From positions 32,001 to 96,000 of the IMG/VR virus record IMGVR_UViG_3300036651_001908: a stretch of DNA of 64,000 nt; one strand, 5' to 3'. Below are positions 9,370 to 19,400 of the stretch, one piece after another (the first letter of the stretch is position 1; each line of letters starts with the position of its first letter). The translations under genes and the position numbers were made by a program. This DNA is from a virus. The notes beneath the pieces are model-generated. The model did no database searches and had not been told where the DNA came from. It was given only the letters and a program-made list of their open reading frames with translations.

Positions 9370-10163
9370 TGACCTCGTACCGCGACCAGATCAGTGCCAC
9401 CGTTGGTGCTCACAGCGCGGTCAACTCGCTGGAGTCACAGGCACGTTCCCGTGTGGCAGCACTGATTCAGCAGTATGAAGCCGGACAGATCACTGGCCAG
9501 CAGATCCGCTACCGTCTAGAGAATCTGGTGCGCCAGGCGTATCGGGCGTCCGGCGAGATAGGCAGCAATCTGGTCGCTGCCCAGTCCGGACTGGAGGACT
9601 GGCAGCCGCAGGAGCGAGTCTTCTCCTCCGCGTACCTGAACGCGCTCCTCATGGATGTGCGCCGGAACCTCCAGGACTACAAGGCCTCGGAGCGGGATGC
9701 TCTAGCGCAGCGGCGACTCCAGTTGCGGATCCAGGCCTCCATCGGCGTCGGCACCCAGCGGGGCTACACCGACGCGCAACTCAAGGGCTACAAGGAACTC
9801 AAGGACTTCGGCTTCCAACTCCGCAAGGTCTGGTGGGCGAACTTCGTCAACAACACCCCCTGCCCAATGTGTGCTGCGCTGCACGGCAAGGACGTGGAAC
9901 TCGAAGAGGACTTCGGCCAGGGGCTGGGGACGAAGGTCTACCACAACCTGGAGGGGCCGCCCCGGCATCCGAACTGCCAGTGCACCCTGGTGGTGCTGAT
10001 CAGCACGCTGGAGAACGCCTACGAGGGCATGAACTTCGATGCCCCACAGAAGGTGGTCACCGACATGTCCACTGACCAGGTTCGCAAGATGCCGCTCGCG
10101 TTCTTCTTGGCCGTCGTCAAGACCCTGAAGAAGATCATCTCGAAGTTCGGACACAAGTCATGA
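9369..10163 (+). CDS. MuF/SPP1 gp7-like minor head protein
   Basis: After portal; KVW...CPMCAALHG...PPRHPNCQC motif. Confidence 0.85.
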   Translation: MTSYRDQISATVGAHSAVNSLESQARSRVAALIQQYEAGQITGQQIRYRLENLVRQAYRASGEIGSNLVAAQSGLEDWQPQERVFSSAYLNALLMDVRRNLQDYKASERDALAQRRLQLRIQASIGVGTQRGYTDAQLKGYKELKDFGFQLRKVWWANFVNNTPCPMCAALHGKDVELEEDFGQGLGTKVYHNLEGPPRHPNCQCTLVVLISTLENAYEGMNFDAPQKVVTDMSTDQVRKMPLAFFLAVVKTLKKIISKFGHKS

Positions 10164-10384
10164 TCGTCAGCACCAGTACCCGGTTCCTCTTCGACTCCTT
10201 TCCCTCCGCCGTGCTGGCGCTGCTGACCGTGCTTCAGGATGCCAGGATTACGGAGAAGGACTACACGTTCTCTGGCCTCGACCCCAAGCAGATCCGTACC
10301 AGTGGGCTCGTTCTCACAGGCGACATCACTGACATCTCCGCTGAACTGGAGAAGATCCCGGGCGCCGTCTCCTTCCCGGACTGA
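10160..10384 (+). CDS. hypothetical protein
   Basis: ATGA coupling to MuF gene. Confidence 0.7.
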   Translation: MIVSTSTRFLFDSFPSAVLALLTVLQDARITEKDYTFSGLDPKQIRTSGLVLTGDITDISAELEKIPGAVSFPD

Positions 10385-10461
10385 CTCCGAAAATCTTGTT
10401 TGGCTGCTCCGGTCGATAGTCCCTTCGTGGGCGAAATCTTGTTGGCGCCCGACGACAGGAG

Positions 10462-13400
10462 ATGGCCTTGAGCGACCTCGATCCGTACGAGGAGATTCTT
10501 CTCCTGAGTCTCGGGATGCGGCACGTCCGTACCCTTCAGGGCGCTGAGTTCTTCCATCTCCCTCTCGGTGCGTTCATTACGCCGGAGGAGATAGAGGCGG
10601 CCACGGCAGCCAACGGGGGCGATCTTGCGCAGGATGCGGCCGAGGCAGCGCAGGATGCAGCCGAGGCCCAGTCCGACGAAATTGCGGACAAGGCGGAAGC
10701 CGCGCAGGATGCGCAGGCCAAGGCAGCGAACGCTGCTTCCAAGATCGCCAAGTTCAAGTTCAAGGGCGTTCCGCCTGGCGCCCTGGGCACGAAGAGTGAG
10801 GCGGAGAAGTCCGCCGCGGCATATGCCAAGAACCCGTCAGCCACGATCTTCAAGAACCTCCCGAGCCACCACCCGTACAACCTGCCCGCAGATCACCCCC
10901 GGCACCTTGCTCCCCCCGCTTCCGAGGCGGCTGCCCTCGCGCTGGACCACCAGCATCACCTGGTCAGCGGCAACCCCGACACGCAGTTCCAGCCCCACCC
11001 GTCAACGTTGACCGGTCCGAACGAGTTCTCCGTCGGGCCGATGAAGTACAACGTCCCGGCTGGTTCCCGGATGTTCCAGCCCAAGGGCATGCCGAACGTC
11101 CGCATCCTCATCACGCCGGACGAGACCGTGCACGCCTTCACCCACGTGGGCGAAGTCGATGTCCCGATGGATCTTCAGCAGGCCTTCGCTGACGTGCTCC
11201 CCCCGGGGGCGAAGAGCAACGATCTTTACCAGACGAAGAACTTCGATGTCGCCGCTCCGGTCACCAGCGACCTGAAGGCGCACATCCAGAACACCCACGA
11301 CACCAAGGCCGCCGCGCGCTATGCCGCAGCCCTGGTGCAGAGCGACCACGCCAACACGGCGGCGGCAGCCGCATCCCCTCCTGCCAAGGGTGCTCCGCCC
11401 GTGGAGCCGCCCGCTGCCATGACCCCGGAGGAGGCGGGGCAGCACGCGTCGATCACCGGTGCGCTCATGCACGCGCACCCCGGGGCAGAACTGGTCAACG
11501 GTGATGGTGAGACCGAGTTCATCAAGCAGCCCGATGGCACGTGGAAGCACGCGCTGTTCAACGCCACGGTGGATGAGTCCGTCGTCCAGAAGTTGGTCAC
11601 CTCGGGCGAACTCCACATCAAGGGTGCTGCTCCCGGCCTGACTCATGATTTCAAGGGCATGTCCAAGGAGCAGTGGCTCGCGTTCTTGAACAAGGCTCCC
11701 GTAGGGGCCAAGTTCCAGATCGACGGCAAGGACATGGTCAAGGGGGAGGACAAGACCTGGAACGGCATTCCTGCCGAGAAGATGGGCACCCTCCGGCTCA
11801 TCGCCAACAACTATGAGGACGGCACCGGCCCGGCTATCCCGAAGAAGGAGGCACCGGCCAGCCCGTACTCCGCTCCGCAGGAGGCGTGGAAGGAGTCGCC
11901 GGTTCCCACCGGGCCGGACCAGATCACGGCCGCCCAGATTCAGGTTGGGGACAAGGTCAATGGCGACCCGGTCACGAAGACCTTCAAGACCGAGACCCCC
12001 GGTCGCGTTCGCGTTGTCACGCGGAGCGAGGCCGGAATGCTCCAGGAGCATTCCTGGCTGAAGACGACCCAAATCGGGGTGGAGCGAGCCAACCACGGTC
12101 TGTCGTTCGATGAGAAGTACCCGAACGCGAACAACGGGAAGCCCAACACCGGGAAGTCGATGAACGACTTCACCAACACTCCGGGTGGAGGCACGGCAGG
12201 TCAGGGTCTCAACACGCCTAAGAAGGCGGACGCGGGTAGTGTAGAGAAGCCCGCAGCGGCTACCCCGCCGCCCAAGAACGAGAATCTGGCTAAGCCGGAG
12301 TATCAGCCATTCGTAGCGCCGAAGGAGAGCAATGTCGGATCAGAAGCCGGAGCAGGAGCAGGTGGAAACCAACCTGCAAGCGGGAACGCTCAGCCCGCAG
12401 GATCGGGAAACGTTCCTGCACATGATGGCGGGAACGGCAACGCCAACGCCGGATCAACTGGTGGATCTTCAGAAGCAGTGGCCGGACAGCAACATCCTGA
12501 TGGCAATGGGGCTGGGCCTGGGGTAATCCCCCCCGAAATCGTCAAGGGTGAACTGCCGCATTCTCCTGCGGTCCAGGCCCTCGCCGCGAAGGGGCTTGTC
12601 ACCCCGCAGATGGTCGAACTCCACGCCGACAAGGGCGCGCAGTTCTTCCAGGACGCCATCTCCCGGCTCAAGGAGAACAACCCCTACGCTGCTGCTGTCT
12701 ACGTCCACCCGGTGGACGAGTACAAGAACATGCGGCTCTTCGTCACGCAGGACGGCACCGCTGGCTTTGCCGTCGATGGGAACAACGCCGTCTCGCTGTT
12801 CATCAGCCCGAAGTCCCCGCACAAGGGTGGCTCGGTCGCGATGCTCACGATGCAGACCGAACTCGGTGCCCGGCGTCTCGACGCCTTTGACACTGTGCTG
12901 CCCGGGATCTACGCCAAGGTCGGCTACGTGCCGTCCGCCCGCGTGAAGTGGGATGACAACTACGCCCCGGACGGCTGGGACAAGAACACCTTCAAGCCGT
13001 GGAACAACGGCGAGCCTGACGTGGTGTTCATGGTTCATGATCCTGCCCACTCGGATGGCACGTACCACCCGGGCGAGGGCAAGGTGTTCGCCTCCTACGA
13101 CCAGGCGGAGGCGTTCACCAAGAAGGCCGCGCTCAACCCGAGCCTGGTCAACCCGGCCAACACCACGCCGGGAGAGGTGCACCACCAGCCCGGTGAAGTC
13201 CTGTCCCACCAGGATCTGAAGAGCCTGCCTCCGGGGCACACGGTGGAGCACACGCCCTCCGGAGTTCAGTACACCAGCCAGGGCCAGGGCCAGTTCCTCT
13301 CACACAAGAGCAACGGCGTCGGTGATGTCGGCCTGATGAAGACGGCTGCTGACGCGGGCAAGATGGCGTACCACTCCAAGACCTCGGGCGCAGCCCCGGC

Positions 13401-16400
13401 TCCGGAGAAGGCTCCTGAGCCCCCGGCCGCCACTGAGGTTCCCAAGGCTCCCGCCGCGCCCCCGGCCGCTCCCGCTCCGGAGAAGAAGTCCGGTCCGGCG
13501 ATGAAGAAGGCCGAGCAGTTGACCAAGGGCGACAAGATCGCCACGGGCACCGTCTTCGGCGTCGATCACATCAACGCGCCCAAGGGCAAGGTCCACGTCT
13601 ACTACCACAACCACAAGGGCGTCATGCAGAAGGGGGAGTGGAACAAGTCCACTCTCATCGGTTACGAGGCCCCGAAGGCTGCCACGCCTGCTCCTGAGAA
13701 GGCTCCTGAGCCCGCAGGATCTGGTGGTGGGGCCGCGCAGCCTCCGACGCCTCCCGAGGCGCCTGCCGCGCCCAGCGGGGGCAATGCGGAGGGGTCTGGC
13801 TCGTCCGACTCCAAGCAACTGTGGGAGAACGGTCCGCAGTTCAGCACGCAGGACATCCAGGCGGCGCACGATGCGCTGAAGAACGCCGGTGCGTTCCAGG
13901 TCTCCTACGGCTTCAAGAGCATCCCCAGCAACCCGCTGGCGAGCCACCAGGCCGAACTCAAGGCCGAGGCCAAGAAGCAGTTCCCGACGATGCAGCCGAA
14001 GGCCGCCGTCGTGAAGTTGCTGCACAACCAACTCTCCCCGGAGCAGAAGGCGGAGAGCAAGGCCGAAGAGGTCGCGAAGATCCACATCGGAGCCAAGGAG
14101 CCGAAGCCCACACAGCAGGGCTTCAACGGTGGTGACTACACCGCAGACGAAATCCGGCACGCCATTCAGGCGCTGGAAGCCGACAACGGCAAGTTGGTGA
14201 AGTCCATTCTCAACAAGGCGGGCAGCCCGCTTGGTGAGTTGAGCCCGATCACGTTGCCGGAGGTGGGGTTCAACAAGGACAAGACCATCACCAAGCAGAA
14301 GTTCATCGACCACCTGAAGAGCCTGCTGCCGAAGGAGACTGGCCCGAAGAAGGTCACGGTCCGTCCTGAGAAGGACATCACCACCGGCACGATCGGCACG
14401 CCGCTGGAGAAGGACGGGCGCTTCGTCGCCCCGCCCAAGGCCGCTCCGAAGAAGGTCACGGTCCGCCCCGAGAAGGACATCACTACGGGCACGGTGGGTA
14501 CTCCGCTGGAGAAGGATGGGCGCTTCAAGGCCAAGGAGAAGTTGCCCCATCAGCCGGGCGACCTCCTTACCGGTGAGCAGGTCAAGGCTCTCCCGGATGG
14601 GCACGTCATTGCGTGGCACACCCATGACGGTGCGACCCACCCCGATGTGCAGCACACCGGGATCAAGGCGGGCGACAAGGTCAACAACGACCATGGGACC
14701 CAGAACAACGTCAGCACACTTGCCATCGTGGCTAACTCGCACGATCCGAATTCTGCTTCTGTGATGAACAAGCATGGCGTTCACTACGTGGGCGGTCCCG
14801 GTGCAACGAAGTTGGATGTCTCGAAGTACAAGAACGAGTTCTCCAAGGCCGAAGAGCCGAAGTTGCCCACTGCATTGGAGAACTTCGACAAGCCTGAGGA
14901 CACCGGACACGGACTTCAGCCGGGCGACCACGTTGATCAGGCTGCCTTCGACAAGTTGGTTCCCGGTGACCAGATCAAGACCTACCCGGGGGGCACGGTT
15001 TACTACACGCTGATGCCCGGTGGTCAGTCCTTCGAGTCCAGCCTGTCCGGCAGTCTCTTCGACAAGGAGGAGATGAACCCGACGGCCTACACCGGCATGG
15101 AGTTCAAGGGGCATGATGCTTCTCATGACGCTGTAACCCCGTCGGCTACCCCTGCGGCCTCTGAGGCTGAGATGCAGACGCACGACCAGGCTGTGGCGCA
15201 GACCCAGGAGTTCACTCCAGCGACGCAGGACCAGATCAACAACGCCGGTGTGGGCTCGCAGATGATCCTTCACTCAGTGAATGGGACTGAGTATCCCTTC
15301 ACCATGGGTACTAACGGTCAGTGGCACAACCCTCAGATGGGTGAGTTCAGCCCCGACCAGATCGATGCCAGCAAGGGTCATTTCGAGATGACCAAGGAAC
15401 TCAAGAAGTTGCCGACCGGCGACCCGAAGACCGTCGAGGAGATGCACGCCTTCCCGGAGAAGACGCAGTTCACCTACCACGCTGCATCCGGGACGATCTA
15501 TGACGCGGCTAAGTCCACCTCGGGGACCGTGCAGATTGCAGGCCTGGGCAACTACACGCCCGAGGGTGTGAAGGACCAGATCACAGCCGGGAAGTTCCAT
15601 GTGGAGCACATCCCCACTCCCGACGCTCATCCGCTCTCCCCTGCGGAGGTCGCTGCTCTCGGTGTGGGTTCCCGTGTCTTCTACTCGGGCGGCTTCGGTC
15701 GCGTCCTGGAGCGCAAGCCCGACGGCATGTGGCAGAGCCCCGGTGGGCAGGATGTGGGAGACGTTACCGGCATCGGTACGGCGCCCATCTACCTGGTCTC
15801 CGAGGCCGACAAGGGCGACCCGGCGAACATCGGCTACAGCCCTGAGATTCTGGATGCCAAGCCGAACAGCGTCGTGACCTACGCCGACGGTGCCGTGGCC
15901 AAGAAGATGGCCTACGCCTGGAACCTGTACAACTCGGATGGCGAGAGTGGAGGCACGCTCAACCCGGCCGTCGTCGCGCAGGACGTAGCCGATGGGCACG
16001 CGACACTGACCCACACCCCCACCGAGGCACAGCCCTTCGCACCCGGGAAGTACATCTCCAACGGCAAGGCCGCCATGCACGTCCTCCCGGACGGCACCGG
16101 TGTCTACGTCGCGAGCACGGGCACGACTTCCAAGTTGTCCAAGGCGAACGTGCTGAAGAACCACGACGCCGGGATGAGCAACTACCTGGGTGCCAACCAC
16201 CCGGTGCCCGAGATTGCGCCCAAGGAGTCGAAGGCTCCTGGTGCGGTCACCAAGGCTGCCGTTGCCGTTCCGACGAGCAAGGACATCCCGGATGGCAACT
16301 ACTACCTGAAGTCCAAGGCCGGTGACAGCATTCTCGTTACTGCCAATGGTCAGCAGGTGGCGAAGAACGGCGAGAACATCGGTGACCTGAAGAAGTTGAA

Positions 16401-19400
16401 GTTGGCCTTCAACAAGGGCCAGATCCTCGACCTCAACGGCACCTCGATTACACCGGTTGGCTACTCCGGTGGTGTCTCCCTGCTCGATACTCCGACGACC
16501 ATTCCGGCTTTGCTCGACCTCCAGAAGTACCTGGATCAGCATCCGGACCTGTTCAAGACGCCCTACTGGTATGGCGTCACGGACAACTTGTCCGCTGCGG
16601 GTTTCCCTCTGTCGTTGAGCGCATTCGTCAAGGCGTACAACGAAACGGCCGGTCCGGGGATGGCAGCCACCACCGGGCACTACTTCATGCAGGACGCACC
16701 CGCGGATGTGAAGGAGGCGATGGCCAACTTCTTCTCGCAGTCGGTCGCAAATCTTCTTGCGAAGGTGGACACGGCGATCCCCGACGCCAACACGTCGGCC
16801 CTGTTCGACTGGACGACGAACGGCCAGGCGAAGCCCCCGCTCCAGTTGGTCTCGATCCCGAAGATCAGCAGCAGCACCGACCCGGCCACGCTCAACGCGT
16901 ATGTGAAGCAGATCACTGAAGCACTCGGCGCGCAGAAGATTTTCAACCTGACCGGCATGACCAAGTACGCCAAGATGGATTGGATCAACGCGGTCAAGAA
17001 GGGCAACTTCGCCCACGCCTACGATTTGGAGGTCGCGTCACACTCGAACAAGGGGAAGGTGCACCCGTCGGGGTACCTGCACCCGGGCTACGAGGGCAAT
17101 GCGGCGACGAACAAGATCCAGTGGGGTCCCGCAGTCGAGGGCGAGGTCCCGGCTGGTGTTCCGGTCGAGGGTAACTGGACCTCCATCGGTGTGGCTGCTT
17201 CCACCGAGGAGTTGCAGAACTACCTCATCGCAGCGCACATGCAGCACCCGGAGCACCTGACCCTCGCGCAGCAGCGTTCCTGGGTCACGTACCACCGCAC
17301 CGGAGACAAGCAGGCCACGGATCAGTTGTCCGCCATGGCGGCTGTGAAGGCGCAGAACGGCGACCCTCAGATCAGTCCGACTCCGGTGTGGACGGACAAC
17401 GTCCAGCCTGCGAAGTCGTACGCCGTGTGGTTCGACAAGGGTCCGTTCCCCACCGAGAACGACATCTACAACGGGCTCACCGACGCCCCGGCCGAGTACC
17501 TGAAGGACAACGCCGGGAACGCCGAACTCCAGAAGTCGTGGGACGCCTGGTCCTCGCCGTACAAGAACAACTACACCAGCCTTCAGGATATGGCACACGG
17601 CGGCTCCTGGGGCACGCAGAAGAAGTTCCTGACGGATCACTTCACCCGGCTCCGGGAGGAGGCTGCGGCGGAGGAAGCCAAGCCGAAGTTCTCGTTGGTG
17701 AAGGAGATTGCCCAGGGCCAGCATCCCGCCTACCTGGTGGAAGACCACGGCAATCAGTACATCTTCAAGCCGGTGGATCCGGGCAAGGACTACCGTGCAG
17801 AAATCGAGGCGGCTGCCCTGCAACTGGGCGCGCTCTGGGGCTTCACGGAGCCGACGGCATCCGTCCAGTCTCTACCGACTGCCTCCGGCGAGCCCATGTT
17901 CGGTGGCCAGGTTGGCCTCCTCCAGTCCCTGATCCCGAACGTCGGGAACATGAACTTCGCTGACGGCCCGGTGGACATCGCGAGCCTGCACCCGAAGCAG
18001 TTGGGCCAGATCGCTGCCGAGCACGTCCTGGACTGGGCGATCGACAACAACGACGGCCACGGCGACAACCTCCTGATGACCCCGGACGGCAACATCGTCG
18101 GCATTGACAAGGGTCGTGCCTTCGCTGCCTTCGGCACCTGGGACGGGCTGAACGGCCCCGGCATGAACTACCAGGCCGAGACCATCGCTTCCAAACTGTT
18201 CATGCTGGCCAAGGCCGGTGTGCTCACCCAGGAGCAGATGGATGGCGCGTACAAGGCGGCGCTGAAGGCTGCGAACAAGATTTTCAAGTCGCCGGATGCA
18301 TCGGCTGTCTCGATCATCGCGAAGGGCCTGGCGAACCGGCCGCACTACCAGCAGGGTCCCGGCTCGAAGGAAGCCGTCATCCAGGCCTTCCTCGATCGCA
18401 AGCACGGGATCGTGGATGACATCAACAAGTTGTGGACGGGGATCTACGCCAAGTCCGGACTGACCAAGCCGGAGCCTCCCGTCAAGGCCTTGAACGAGGA
18501 CTTGCAGTCTGGCTTCCATGAGCCCGACCTCAGCGCGGCCATTCAGGACAAGGCGGTGTGGGGCGTGACCACGTTCCACGCTTCTCCGGACATCAAGAAG
18601 GGTTCCGTCCTGATTTGGCAGGAGAAGAACTCCAACGGCGATCCGGTCGCCAAGGGGCTGTTCGCCGTCAACAAGTACGCCGAGGGCAAGTTGCTGTCCT
18701 GGCTTGATGGCCATCTCAGCACTGATACCAGTGGCTCGTACGCGAGTGCGCAGTCGCTGGCCAACTTCCCGAACATGGAGCCCTTCCGCAAGGCCCTCTC
18801 CACCGCGGGTCGCGAGGTCAGTGATCACCTGGAGTCCGGGAACCCCAGCCCGGAGGTCATGCAGAAGTTCCAGGAGACCAAGGATCAACTTCTTGCGGAT
18901 GCCCAGTTCGGAGACACCCTTCCCGTCACTGCTGGGCAGGGCACCGATCCGATCAAGTTCCCCTCGGGCAATGCAGTGGATCCGGGCGCGCTGGGTCAGT
19001 ACCGTGCTGCGCTCACCCACTACCTGGACGCCGCTTACGAGGTGGAGCAGGCGCAGAAGGAGCAGCGTAAGACCGAGAAGTCACTGTTCGGGATCTACCA
19101 CCCGATCGCGGCGAAGACCACTCCGGCCACCTACCTGAACCCGGAGAAGGGTCTGGCCTACACCGAACTGACTACCGGAGACTTCATCACGAACATGGGG
19201 GTTGTGGTTCCGGCATCGCAGTTGCCTGACGGGGCGAAGGAGGGCTTGAACGGCTGGACTGCCATCAATGGGGCTCAGCAGTCCAGCGGGCTCACGGTGG
19301 TGAAGGAGCACGCGGGCGACCTGGCCGGGGCACTGAAGGAGGGCGGGCTCAAGGAGCAGTCCGACACCTTCAGCACCGCGGGCCACAATGGTTCGGAGTA

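Noticed and set aside
11920-13670. A..L..GD motifs suggesting intein/Hint domains in the giant protein
   Set aside because: No N-terminal C/S block or HN-C/S/T end; the units are too short.
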